Of a stretch of 64,000 nt of DNA, positions 49,183-58,839 are shown piece by piece. The notes under the pieces are model-generated. The model was not told the origin of the DNA. It saw only the letters and a program-made list of their open reading frames with translations, and made no database searches. The stretch comes from Vampirovibrionales bacterium (GTDB lineage Bacteria > Cyanobacteriota > Vampirovibrionia > Vampirovibrionales > Vampirovibrionaceae): the NCBI GenBank assembly GCA_039794365.1, contig JBDIVN010000007.1, forward strand, positions 44,389-108,388, read 5' to 3'. Positions within the stretch are counted from its first letter, which is position 1. Each line of letters starts with the position of its first letter. Position numbers and translations under genes: made by a program.

Positions 49183-49442
49183 GTTGGAAAACTCCGCAAG
49201 GGATGGGATTCCTCTTGGTTATACCGAAAATCTTCATCAAATGCAAAATATCGACAAAAAATTTAATGTAAAAGCTTTGAAATGCAACGAATGTCGTAGA
49301 GGGGGACTATGCTAGACTCAATTACCCGGCAAGATTCAGAGGCCGGTGCCCGGACAGCAAACGCTCCGCTTTGTATCAGGGCTTTCCAGTTAATGCACGC
49401 AGAATAGAAATCAAGTCTTTAAGGGAAAGAGAGTCTCAAGGA
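49183..49442. promoter_or_regulatory. rpmH-dnaA intergenic region: candidate oriC/DUE and dnaA promoter
   Basis: 260-nt intergenic segment between divergent rpmH and dnaA with a clearly AT-rich core (atcaaatgcaaaatatcgacaaaaaatttaatgtaaaagctttgaaatgcaacgaatg). I could not identify consensus TTATCCACA DnaA boxes by eye. Confidence 0.4.
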
Positions 49443-50828
49443 ATGGTTAGTGCCCTCTCCCAGTCGGACCATGACGACATTTGGTCCGCTGTCCAGGAAG
49501 TGTTGAAAAGCCGCATGACGGCGCCCAGCTTCGAAACGTGGATCAGCCCCCTGGTTATCGCCGAAGTCCGCGACGACACCGTCTGCCTCAAGACCGAAAG
49601 CACTTTCAAGCGGGACTGGGTGGTGCGGCATTACCGGGACGACCTGCAGAACGCCTTCTGCGCCGTTCTGGGTACCGAAACCTGCGATCTTCGGGTTGTC
49701 GTCGCCGACCGTTCCGAGATTGAGACGGCCTTGCCCGATCCGGCCTCAGCCGACGCCCGCCGCAATGAGAACGTCGCCCGGTCGGAACGTCCCTGGACCC
49801 CCAGAACCACCCGAAGCAACCTGAACCCCAAATATACCTTCGAGAACTTCGTGGTCGGCCAGCACAACCAGTTCTGCCACGCGGCGGCTCTGGCCGTGGC
49901 AGAAAATCCGGCCCAAAGCTACAACCCCTTCTTCATCCACGGCGGTGTGGGGCTGGGCAAGACCCATCTGATTCAAGCCATCGGCCATTTCATCCTGGCC
50001 CACAACAGCGACGTGAAGGTGAAGTACGTCACCTCGGAGCAGTTCACCAACGAGTTGATCCACGCCCTCTCCAAGAAGGAGTGGACCCCGTTCCGGGACC
50101 GCTACCGCAAGATCGACGTTCTGATCATCGACGATATTCAATTCCTGGGCGGCAAGGACCGGACCCAGCAGGAACTGTTCCACACCTTCAACACCCTGCA
50201 CGAGTCGGGCAAACAGATTATCCTGTCGAGCGACAGCCCGCCGAAGCACTTGGCAGACCTGGAAGACCGGCTGCGCAGCCGCTTCGAATGGGGTCTGATC
50301 GCCGACATCCAGCCGCCGGACGTGGAGACCCGCCTCGCCATCCTTCAGCACAAGGCGAAGCTGGACAACATTGAACTGCCGCCGGACGTGCTGGCCTTTA
50401 TCGCCGAGGCCCACCCCCACAATATCCGCGAACTCGAAGGCGCCCTGAAAAAGGTTTCCGCCTACGCCATGCTCACTCACACCCCCGTCAGCCTACCGGT
50501 GGCCCAGCGGGTGCTGGGGTATCAGGGCGATCCGAAACGCATTTCGCTGGACCGGATCATTGAGGTCGTCGCCCAGTACTATCACCTGCGCCCCACGGAT
50601 CTCAAGAGCACCTCGCGGGCAAAAGACATTTCCTTCGCCCGGCAGGTGACGGTCTACATGCTGCGCACCCTGACGGATGCCAGCTTCCCCAAAATCGGCC
50701 AGGTTCTCGGCGGACGCAAGCATACGACGGTGCTGTACGCCCACGAGAAGATCGTCGGCGAACTCGACGCCCACCCGGTGCTGAGCCAGCAAATCCGCGA
50801 AATCACCGCCCGGATTAAAGCCCTGTAA
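49443..50828 (+). CDS. dnaA: chromosomal replication initiator protein DnaA
   Basis: AAA+ Walker A GGVGLGKTHL, Walker B LIIDDIQF, sensor motifs and a C-terminal DNA-binding domain. Start placed at MVSALSQ. Confidence 0.95.
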   Translation: MVSALSQSDHDDIWSAVQEVLKSRMTAPSFETWISPLVIAEVRDDTVCLKTESTFKRDWVVRHYRDDLQNAFCAVLGTETCDLRVVVADRSEIETALPDPASADARRNENVARSERPWTPRTTRSNLNPKYTFENFVVGQHNQFCHAAALAVAENPAQSYNPFFIHGGVGLGKTHLIQAIGHFILAHNSDVKVKYVTSEQFTNELIHALSKKEWTPFRDRYRKIDVLIIDDIQFLGGKDRTQQELFHTFNTLHESGKQIILSSDSPPKHLADLEDRLRSRFEWGLIADIQPPDVETRLAILQHKAKLDNIELPPDVLAFIAEAHPHNIRELEGALKKVSAYAMLTHTPVSLPVAQRVLGYQGDPKRISLDRIIEVVAQYYHLRPTDLKSTSRAKDISFARQVTVYMLRTLTDASFPKIGQVLGGRKHTTVLYAHEKIVGELDAHPVLSQQIREITARIKAL

Positions 50829-50835
50829 AAAAGCC

Positions 50836-52110
50836 CTATAGCTCCTGCAGCCGGTCAACAGCCCTTTCCAGCGCCAGGCGGGTGTGGGCATAGGTCAGCC
50901 CCCCCTGGAGGTACACGGCGTAGGGTTCGCGCAGCGGGCCGTCGGCGGAGAGTTCCAGCGTGGCCCCTTGGATGAACGTCCCCCCGGCCATCACCACCGG
51001 GTCCGCATAACCGGGCACGGGGGAGGGGATAGGCCTTACCGCCGAATTGACCGGACTGAGGGCCTGCAGGATCTCGCAGAAAGCCACCAGCCTGTCGGCA
51101 TCACCCAGGGTGATCACCTGGATGATGTCGCCGCGAACGTCCTGCCAGTGAGGCCGGGTTTCGTAGCCCAGGGACTCGAACACGTGGGCCGCCAGGGTCA
51201 TGCCTTTGAGGGCCTCTTTTACCGCGCCGGGGGCCAGATACAGCCCTTGCAACACAAGGCGTGTCAGATCAAAGGTATAACCGCCCCCAGTGCCAATACC
51301 CGGCGCGGTGAGCACTCCGGCGCAAGTTTCCACCAGATCCGCACGCCCGGCCAGGTAGCCGCCGGTGGGGACGATGCCGCCGCCGGGGTTCTTGATGAGG
51401 GAACCGGCGATGAGATCCGCCCCCACGGCGGTCGGCTCCCGATCCTCGGTGAACTCGCCGTAGCAGTTGTCCACCAGGATAACGGCTCCCGGATTCAGAC
51501 GGCGCACCCAGGCGCAGAGTTGCTCCAGCTGGGCGATGGTCAGCGTTGGCCGCAGACTGTAGCCACGGGAACGCTGGATGTAGGCCATGGCCGAGCGCCT
51601 GATTCTGCCCTCGACTTCGGGGGTTGAGGGCAGGGCGAATGTGCCGCCTTCCAGCACGTCGATGGCATCGTAATGAACGCCGCGTGCCTTGAGGGAATGG
51701 GGATGAGCGCCCCGGATGCCGATGACCTCCTCCAGCGTGTCATAGGGCGCACCGGTGAGCGACAGCATGGTATCGCCCGCTCGCAGGGCGCCGCCTAACG
51801 CCACGGCCAGGGCATGGGTGCCGGAGACAAACTGCATGCGCACCAGGGCAGCCTCGGCCTGAAGGGCGTGGGCAAAGACCTTGTCCGTCACCGTCCGGCC
51901 CAGATCATCATGGCCGTACCCGGTCACCGAGGAAAAATGCTCCTCGCCCACCCGATGCCGGGCAAAGCCTTCCAGCACACGCTCAAAGACGGCATACTGA
52001 ACGGCCTCCAGCGCGGGCCAGCAGGTGTCTTTCAGCACAGCCTCGGCACCCTGGATGCGCTGGCCTCCGGGGAGAGCCGGCGAGGAAGTCGGATGGGACG
52101 CAAAACTCAT
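50836..52110 (-). CDS. methionine gamma-lyase family / YnbB-like PLP-dependent protein (aluminium-resistance protein family)
   Basis: 424 aa. The N-terminal region HFSSVTGYGHDDLGRTVTDKVFAHALQAEAALVRMQFVSGTHA resembles the YnbB/Cys-Met-metabolism PLP enzyme family. Confidence 0.6.
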   Translation of the reverse strand: MSFASHPTSSPALPGGQRIQGAEAVLKDTCWPALEAVQYAVFERVLEGFARHRVGEEHFSSVTGYGHDDLGRTVTDKVFAHALQAEAALVRMQFVSGTHALAVALGGALRAGDTMLSLTGAPYDTLEEVIGIRGAHPHSLKARGVHYDAIDVLEGGTFALPSTPEVEGRIRRSAMAYIQRSRGYSLRPTLTIAQLEQLCAWVRRLNPGAVILVDNCYGEFTEDREPTAVGADLIAGSLIKNPGGGIVPTGGYLAGRADLVETCAGVLTAPGIGTGGGYTFDLTRLVLQGLYLAPGAVKEALKGMTLAAHVFESLGYETRPHWQDVRGDIIQVITLGDADRLVAFCEILQALSPVNSAVRPIPSPVPGYADPVVMAGGTFIQGATLELSADGPLREPYAVYLQGGLTYAHTRLALERAVDRLQEL

Positions 52111-52126
52111 GCGGGGATTATACGTA

Positions 52127-52165
52127 AAAAACCGGCCTTTTTCCGAGGCCGGTTTCTGGAGGAGG
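52127..52165 (-). terminator. rho-independent terminator (minus strand)
   Basis: On the minus strand: AACCGGCC-tcggaaaaa-GGCCGGTT followed by TTTTTT, directly downstream of the small ORF at 52200-52355. Confidence 0.6.
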
Positions 52166-52199
52166 AGGTTTGAAATCTGATATCAAGAAACGGTGCGGG

Positions 52200-52355
52200 T
52201 TACTTGACGCACACCAGTTTGGGAATGACCCCCAGTTCGCGTTGCAGGGTCTTGGCCCGCAGATAGGCGAGACTCCGGCGTTTTTCAGCGCCCTTGATCA
52301 CGAAATGGATGGCAAACGACGTGTTGCGGGCGGGCTTTCTCTCTGATTTGTTCAT
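52200..52355 (-). CDS. small hypothetical protein (51 aa)
   Basis: Hand-translated: MNKSERKPARNTSFAIHFVIKGAEKRRSLAYLRAKTLQRELGVIPKLVCVK. Followed by a strong intrinsic terminator. Confidence 0.35.
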   Translation of the reverse strand: MNKSERKPARNTSFAIHFVIKGAEKRRSLAYLRAKTLQRELGVIPKLVCVK

Positions 52356-52679
52356 TCAACACAACTCCGGGCTCTTGAACTCTCTGGAGGTGTTATCGAC
52401 GTGCGTACGCAAACCTTTAAAAAAACTGACAAACCCCCTTCAAATAAATTAATATTAAAGAGGATGACAGATTGCAGGCGAGGCTTTGCTTTGGACGCAA
52501 AGGCGTTATAGAATCTCTCAAGGCCCTTGCGAACAGGCCCGCAGGGCTTTGTCTCATCCAAACAACCGGAGTCTTCCCCGAAATGATTGAGTTTTTCAGG
52601 CAGAACGCACGGTGGATCGCCCTTTTTACATTGATCATGGCGGCGTTTTTCTTCATCCTCGGAGGCCTTCTATAGGTTT

Positions 52680-53852
52680 ATGATCGCCGCGGTCGCAAGA
52701 CGGATGCTGACCCTTTTGTCCGCCCTGCTCCTGATTGGAATGCTGGCGGGGAACCCGCCTGTGGCAGCCGAGAAAAAGGAGCAGGAACTCCAGAAGCTCG
52801 AAAGCAAGAGCGAGTCCCTTGAGGCCAAGCGCCGGGCGATCCAGCAGAAGAAGAACGAGAAGCTGCGCGAAGCCAACAAGATGACGTCGCAGATCGTCCA
52901 CAACCAGCGCAAGCTCAACCAGGCCCAGAGCGAGCTGTACTATGCCCAGAACCGGCTGACCCAGACCCGCCGGACCCTCACCGGCCTGACGGAGGAAATC
53001 GACCGGACCATCGGGGAGACCTCCCGCCTCAACGAGGATGCCTCCAAACGTCTTCGGCAACTCTACATGGGCGGGCGGGTCAACATGCTCCAGATGATCC
53101 TCGAAGCCGAGGACATCGCCACTTTCCTGGACCGGATTTATTACAAGCAGCGAATTGTGGCCCATGACAAAAAGGTGCTCAACGATCTGCGCCGCAAGTC
53201 AGAGCAGCTCAAACACCAGCGCGAGGAGCTGGCCCGGCAGCAGCAGTATCTGGGCCAGGCTATCAACAACATCGAGGGGCTCCGGACCAATATCCACAGC
53301 CGCCTGGTCCATGACAAGCGGCTGCGGGACCGTTACTGGAAAGATGCCCAGTATTACGAGCAGGCCGAGCGGGAACTTCTCGCCGAATCGGCCCGGATCA
53401 CCAGCGAGATCCAGCGGCTGACCGGCGGCAGCAACACCACCGTCGCCAGCAGCACCGGCTCCTTTGCCTGGCCCGTCATCGGACGCATCACCTCCAACTT
53501 CGGCTACCGGAGCCACCCCATCCATCGCAAGCGCCTGATGCATACCGGCCTTGACATTGCCCAGGGCAACGGGCACCCGATCAAGGCCGCCGACGGCGGG
53601 ACGGTTATCTTCAGCGGCTGGCGGGGCGGGTACGGCCAGGCGGTGATCATCAACCACGGCAACCGGGGGGGCAAGAACCTGGTCACCCTCTACGGCCATA
53701 TGTCCGCCCGCAGCGTCTCTAACGGACAGACCGTCTCCAAGGGGCAGGTCATCGGGCGGGTCGGCTCCACCGGCACCGCCACCGGCCCCCACCTCCACTT
53801 CGAGATCCGCGTCAACGGCGCCCCGGTCGATCCCCGCCCCTATCTGAACTAA
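52680..53852 (+). CDS. M23 family metallopeptidase with N-terminal coiled coil (EnvC-like murein hydrolase activator/endopeptidase)
   Basis: Signal peptide and ~230-aa coiled coil. C-terminal LytM/M23 domain with HxxxD (HTGLDIA) and HxH (HLHFEIR) motifs. Confidence 0.85.
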   Translation: MIAAVARRMLTLLSALLLIGMLAGNPPVAAEKKEQELQKLESKSESLEAKRRAIQQKKNEKLREANKMTSQIVHNQRKLNQAQSELYYAQNRLTQTRRTLTGLTEEIDRTIGETSRLNEDASKRLRQLYMGGRVNMLQMILEAEDIATFLDRIYYKQRIVAHDKKVLNDLRRKSEQLKHQREELARQQQYLGQAINNIEGLRTNIHSRLVHDKRLRDRYWKDAQYYEQAERELLAESARITSEIQRLTGGSNTTVASSTGSFAWPVIGRITSNFGYRSHPIHRKRLMHTGLDIAQGNGHPIKAADGGTVIFSGWRGGYGQAVIINHGNRGGKNLVTLYGHMSARSVSNGQTVSKGQVIGRVGSTGTATGPHLHFEIRVNGAPVDPRPYLN

Positions 53853-54031
53853 GTCCTCCTCTGAGCGATCTCCTTTGCTACAATGGACGGGTGTGATAAA
53901 GAAGATATTAAAATCAGATAAGCAGTTTTTAATAAGATCGATTCTCTTTCACCGGATTTCGGTTTATGATCTTTGATTCCCGGTGTGTGCCCCCGAACAA
54001 AACAGCCCTGCAATTCTAAGGAGTCTCCGGC

Positions 54032-56167
54032 TTGTTACATCAGCTGCTCCAACGAAAATTCTCCCTCTGCCTCTCACTCAGCTGCCTCCTGATGCTCAGC
54101 GCCTCCGCAGACCCCCAGCCCGGTCCGGCGGAAAACGAGGTCTGGCAGGCAACATCCGCCCTTGAGGCAAAAGAGGGGGCGAAAAGCCCGAAAGCCGGCA
54201 AAAACGGCGCGAAAGCTCCGCAACTGACCCCCAAGGTTCCCCAACTGGAGATGGAAGATCTGGGCGCCGAACCGCCGCGCAAGCCGGCCCCGGCACTGGG
54301 CAGCCCCATGCAACCCCTGGAAGCCAAGGCCGTGGTGGTGGATATTGTCAGCGACACGCTGGAGTACGATACGGAGAAGAACCTCTACATCGCCGTGGGC
54401 GGGGTTCACGTCATCGTCTCCGAGCAGAACACGGATCTCGAAGCCGACAAGGTCATCTATGACCCCAAGCAGGAGCTGATGATCGCCGAAGGCAACGTCA
54501 TCATCTCCAACAAGGGGGAGAAAACCTTCGGCACCTACGCCAAGATCGATCTCACCCGCAAATCGGCCCTCATCAACGATCCCATTACCAGCCTGGAGGA
54601 AGTGCGGGTCAAGGCGAAACAGGCTTTCGTCACTGACAGGTATCTGGAACTGGAAAACGGCAAGCTGGTCATACCACCCAAAAACCAGGCAAGCACCGCT
54701 GCCGGTTACCAGTATGACGAGGCGCAGCACGGCGAATTGTCCCAGCTGGCATTGGCCAACCCGCTGCGGGCCAGTGACCCCTATGAAAATTCCATCGTCG
54801 AAGAATACATGAACATGGACTGGGACCAGGAACAGGGCGGCTGGCGCAACAAGTTCCGCATCCACTCCAGCGAGATCGAGGTTCACCGCAGCAGGGACGG
54901 CTACGACGAGATCAACCTCAAGAACCCCAAGCTGAAGTTCGGCAACTTTACCCTCATGAAGTTGCCTCAGATGGATTTTGCCCACTTCGGAGAAACCGGT
55001 GACGTGGAGTACCTGGGGCCGGACATCGGTATTGACCCGGATCTCGGCGGCTTCTACATGGGTCCCGGCCTGGATTTCCGTCTCGGCAAGGGCGTGGTCC
55101 GGTTTTCTCCCCTGCTCAGCTATGGGGCGGGCAGACGCCGCAGCCGCCGGGGACAGGTGCTGGAAAGCGCCGATGGGGCCGGGTTTGGCGGCTTGCTGAA
55201 CTACATGTCCCATGACACCAAGGTTCGCCTCGGCTACACCCACAAGATCGGCACCCCGGTCATTTATGCCCGCCACAACCTGTTCGGCACCACCCGGACC
55301 CGTGCCATCATCGCCGCCAACGAGGACTACAACCAGGGTTACCTGGGCTGGGAGCGCCCCAAATATATCGCCCAGATCACGGACAGCCGGAAACTCTTTG
55401 AAAAGGCCAACATCCGGGCGACCTCCTTCAGCAGCATCGGCGTGGCCCACGACGAATTCTTTCCCACGAATGACGAGAACTATTTCGTCCAGCCCAAAAG
55501 CTCGGACGCCGAGCCGGTCACCGCGGGCCGGGTCCAGCTCCAGACCGAATTCCGCAACGTGCTGCCCCTGCTAACCGTGGGCAGCGAAAAACACTACGCC
55601 AACTTCGGCGTCTCAGGCCAGGTGGCCCTGTCTGGCTACACCACCGGCGACTTTGTCGGCATCCTCCGCGCCGGTCCCAACGTCCGGATGCAGATGGGCG
55701 ACCGGTTTTCCTCCTACGTCCGGTATTTCTACGCCGCCAGCGCCGGGGAATCCCCCTTTGTCTTCGACACCTATTACCGCGGCAGAAACAGTGTGCTGTC
55801 CGTCAACCAGGTCCGGATCAACAAGTACGTGACCATGGGAATGCGGACCAACGTGAGCCTGGCCCGCGACAACGCCACCAGTTCCCTGTTTACGGGAAAC
55901 TCCATCTTCCTGTTGCTTGGGCCGGATGACGTCAAGCTTAACCTCGCCTACGATTTCATTCGCCAGCGTTCCTTTTTTGGGATAAACTATATCCCCGGTA
56001 ATGAAAGAAAGACCCTTCATTACGATCGCATGAAAATCTACCAGCCCGCCGATTTCGAAGGCAACCCCATGGACACCGTCAACCCCAACAGCCCGATGGC
56101 CATGCCGGGTAATCCCATGCTCGATGTTCAGGACGTTGGCATGATGAACGGCAACCGGGCACGCTGA
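54032..56167 (+). CDS. lptD: outer-membrane protein with OstA/LptA-like N-terminal domain (LptD-like)
   Basis: Signal peptide and Lys/Ala/Pro-rich linker. OstA-N-like beta-jellyroll repeats (VVVDIVSDTLEYDTEKNLYIAVGGVHVI...LEADKVIYDPKQELMIAEGNVII). Long beta-rich C-terminal region compatible with a barrel. No terminal aromatic residue. Confidence 0.5.
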   Translation: MLHQLLQRKFSLCLSLSCLLMLSASADPQPGPAENEVWQATSALEAKEGAKSPKAGKNGAKAPQLTPKVPQLEMEDLGAEPPRKPAPALGSPMQPLEAKAVVVDIVSDTLEYDTEKNLYIAVGGVHVIVSEQNTDLEADKVIYDPKQELMIAEGNVIISNKGEKTFGTYAKIDLTRKSALINDPITSLEEVRVKAKQAFVTDRYLELENGKLVIPPKNQASTAAGYQYDEAQHGELSQLALANPLRASDPYENSIVEEYMNMDWDQEQGGWRNKFRIHSSEIEVHRSRDGYDEINLKNPKLKFGNFTLMKLPQMDFAHFGETGDVEYLGPDIGIDPDLGGFYMGPGLDFRLGKGVVRFSPLLSYGAGRRRSRRGQVLESADGAGFGGLLNYMSHDTKVRLGYTHKIGTPVIYARHNLFGTTRTRAIIAANEDYNQGYLGWERPKYIAQITDSRKLFEKANIRATSFSSIGVAHDEFFPTNDENYFVQPKSSDAEPVTAGRVQLQTEFRNVLPLLTVGSEKHYANFGVSGQVALSGYTTGDFVGILRAGPNVRMQMGDRFSSYVRYFYAASAGESPFVFDTYYRGRNSVLSVNQVRINKYVTMGMRTNVSLARDNATSSLFTGNSIFLLLGPDDVKLNLAYDFIRQRSFFGINYIPGNERKTLHYDRMKIYQPADFEGNPMDTVNPNSPMAMPGNPMLDVQDVGMMNGNRAR

Positions 56168-56192
56168 CCGCACCCGCCGGGCAAATCAGATA

Positions 56193-57164
56193 TTGAACAA
56201 GGATGACACCATGTCACTTCGCGACTGGTTCGCCTCCAAAAAGAAAAACAAAGCCAACAAGCAACTCGACGCCAACGCGGTGAACAGCAAGCTTAGCGAC
56301 GAGGAGTTGGGACGGCTGTGGCTGCGGTGCTACAGCTGCAACGCCAACCTGCCCCGCAAGGAGTTCGAAACCAACCTGATGATCTGTCCCCAGTGCGGCT
56401 ACCATATCCGCATTGGCGCACCGGAACGCATCAAGCAGCTTCTCTCCGGCGAGGACGATCACTTTGAGGAGCTGGATCGGCTGCTCATCCCGGCGGACCC
56501 CCTGTCTTTCACCGATACCCAGAAGTATGCCGACCGCCAGAAGGAGGCCCACGAGAAAACCGGCCTCAACGAAGCCGTTATCACCGGCATCGCCACCATG
56601 GGCGAGGAGAAGCTGGCGCTGGGCGTGATGGACTTCACCTACATGGGTGGCAGCATGGGCAGCGTGGTGGGCGAAAAGGTCACCCGGCTCATCGAGGCGG
56701 CCCTGGAGCAGAACCTGCCGCTGGTCATCTTCAGCGCTTCGGGCGGTGCCCGGATGCAGGAAGGCACCTTTTCGCTGATGCAGATGGTGAAAACCGGCGC
56801 GGCACTAGCCCGTTTCCACGAGAAAGGGCTGTTCTACATCAGCGTACTGACGGAACCCACCTTTGGCGGCGTCACCGCCAGCTTCGGAACCCTGGGGGAC
56901 ATCCTCATCGCCGAGCAAGGCTCGCGCATCGGCTTTGCCGGACGGCGCGTCATCGAGCAGACCATCCGCCAGAAACTGCCGCCGGATTTCCAGACCGCCG
57001 GTTACCTGCTGAACTACGGCCAGGTGGACATGGTTGTGCCCCGCCCGGCCCTTCGGCAACGTCTCATCGATCTGATCCGCCTGCACCGGGTCGCTTCCGG
57101 CATCGGGCCGGGACGCCGCGGCGCCTCCGGTCGCAAGCGGGAAAAAGCGTCCAGTGAGGTATAA
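56193..57164 (+). CDS. accD: acetyl-CoA carboxylase carboxyltransferase subunit beta
   Basis: N-terminal Zn-ribbon CxxC...CxxC (CYSCNANL...CPQCGYH) and the carboxyltransferase domain. Confidence 0.93.
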   Translation: MNKDDTMSLRDWFASKKKNKANKQLDANAVNSKLSDEELGRLWLRCYSCNANLPRKEFETNLMICPQCGYHIRIGAPERIKQLLSGEDDHFEELDRLLIPADPLSFTDTQKYADRQKEAHEKTGLNEAVITGIATMGEEKLALGVMDFTYMGGSMGSVVGEKVTRLIEAALEQNLPLVIFSASGGARMQEGTFSLMQMVKTGAALARFHEKGLFYISVLTEPTFGGVTASFGTLGDILIAEQGSRIGFAGRRVIEQTIRQKLPPDFQTAGYLLNYGQVDMVVPRPALRQRLIDLIRLHRVASGIGPGRRGASGRKREKASSEV

Positions 57165-57169
57165 GCGCC

Positions 57170-58168
57170 GTGAGCAAGCAGAAAATCCATCCGCTGGAAT
57201 TTGAAAAGCCGCTCATCGCGATGGAAGAAAAAATTGAAGAGTTGGTGACCATGAGCCAGAAAATGGGTTTGGACTTTGAAGATGAAATCGACAAGCTGCG
57301 ACAGCAGGCAGAAGACGTGAAGTCCAAGCTCTACGAAAACCTGTCTCCGGCCAACCGGCTGCAGATTGCCCGCCATCCCCAGCGGCCCAACTTCCTGGAA
57401 ATTGTGCAGATGCTCTCGCCCGACACTTGGATCGAGCTGCATGGCGACCGCGGCGGCGCCGACGACCGGGCCATCATCGGCGGGCTGATTGAGATGGATG
57501 GCCAGCCGGTCATGATCGTGGGCACCCAGAAGGGCCGGGGCATGAAGGAAAACCTCGTCCACAATTTCGGCATGGCCAACCCCGAAGGCTACCGCAAGGC
57601 GTTGCGCCTGTTCTACCACGCGGAAAAATTCAACATGCCGGTCATCACCGTCATCGACACTCCCGGCGCCTATCCGGGCCTGGAGGGGGAGCAACACGGT
57701 ATCGGCCAGGCCATCGCCTTCAACATCCGTGAAATGGCCCGGCTGCGGGTGCCCATCTTGTCCCTGGTCATTGGCGAGGCCAGCTCCGGTGGCGCCCTGG
57801 GCATCGGCGTGGCCAACCGGATCTACATGCTGGAACACGCCCTTTACACGGTCATCTCGCCGGAAGGCTGCGCCTCCATTCTTTGGCGCAGCGCCGAATA
57901 CGCCTCCCAAGCGGCGGAAGCCCTGAAGATCACTGCCCAGGACCTGAAGGGCTTCGGTATCATCGACGCCATCATTGAGGAACCCCAGGGCGGCGCCCAC
58001 CGCGACCCGGAAGCCGCCGGCAAACGCATCCGCAAGGCGCTGCTCACCGGCCTGGCGGATCTGTCGGACCAGGACCCCGACACCCTGCTGGAATCCCGGT
58101 ACGAAAAGTTCCGAAAAATCGGGGCTTTCCAGGAGAAGAAAGAGGCGGCCGCCCGCGCCGGACGGTAG
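57170..58168 (+). CDS. accA: acetyl-CoA carboxylase carboxyltransferase subunit alpha
   Basis: Typical AccA sequence (ARHPQRPNFLE...TPGAYPG...SGGALG), 6 nt after accD. Confidence 0.95.
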   Translation: MSKQKIHPLEFEKPLIAMEEKIEELVTMSQKMGLDFEDEIDKLRQQAEDVKSKLYENLSPANRLQIARHPQRPNFLEIVQMLSPDTWIELHGDRGGADDRAIIGGLIEMDGQPVMIVGTQKGRGMKENLVHNFGMANPEGYRKALRLFYHAEKFNMPVITVIDTPGAYPGLEGEQHGIGQAIAFNIREMARLRVPILSLVIGEASSGGALGIGVANRIYMLEHALYTVISPEGCASILWRSAEYASQAAEALKITAQDLKGFGIIDAIIEEPQGGAHRDPEAAGKRIRKALLTGLADLSDQDPDTLLESRYEKFRKIGAFQEKKEAAARAGR

Positions 58169-58332
58169 TATTTATTAAGCTTTGTAACAAGTTTGCATGT
58201 TTCGTCATGCCGGCTAGCATCAAAATTGTTTGACGCCTTTAATACTCACAGATGGAACACAGCCATCGCCCCCTCGACAAAAACGATCAGGTATCGTGTG
58301 TGTAACGTTGGTGATGAGGACCCAGTAGAGCC

Positions 58333-58611
58333 ATGACAAAAACATTGACCCCAGAGATTAACATTGACGCCATTGCGGACCATGAAGACATCGAGCGACG
58401 TTTTACGGGCAGTTTTGATGAATTCGTCCGCAGCAAGAAGCTGACTGCCGCGGTTGAGGCGGCCCACAGCGAGCTTTCCGGCACGAAAATCGCGCACAAC
58501 GAGGATTTTATTGGCCGCATTGCCGAGGCCATCGACGATGAGGCCATTGTCGAGAAGCGGTTCATCTTCATCTCCGTAAACCGCGAGTATATCGAGTCCA
58601 TCGGCAACTAG
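58333..58611 (+). CDS. small acidic hypothetical protein (92 aa)
   Basis: ORF followed by two hairpin+T-run terminator candidates. No motif recognised. Confidence 0.4.
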   Translation: MTKTLTPEINIDAIADHEDIERRFTGSFDEFVRSKKLTAAVEAAHSELSGTKIAHNEDFIGRIAEAIDDEAIVEKRFIFISVNREYIESIGN

Positions 58612-58722
58612 ACCGTCTTTCCAGGCGATCCGACGCACACGCAAGCCGCGTTTTGCCTCCTGGCTTTTTTGCCGGGCTTTACAGACTTCTTTCTAACTGC
58701 CCTGTTGCAGAGTGTTGTTCTC

Positions 58723-58770
58723 CAGGTCAGGCGCTCCTTAAAAAAGCGACCTGGCTTTTTCTTTTGACGA
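58723..58770 (+). terminator. rho-independent terminator candidate
   Basis: caggtc-aggcgctccttaaaaaagc-gacctg stem-loop followed by gctttttctttt. A second weaker hairpin+TTTTTT lies at about 58622-58670. Confidence 0.5.
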
Positions 58771-58839
58771 TGTTTGTCGTAACATGACCGGCGTCAAGTT
58801 TTGACAGGGTGTCTAATTATTTTAAGAAGGGGATAATCT

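Noticed and set aside
54032-56167. Calling the 711-aa outer-membrane protein a definitive LptD
   Set aside because: The OstA-like N-terminal domain is convincing, but the C-terminal barrel lacks the usual terminal aromatic residue and I cannot verify barrel strands. Kept as an LptD-like call with moderate confidence.
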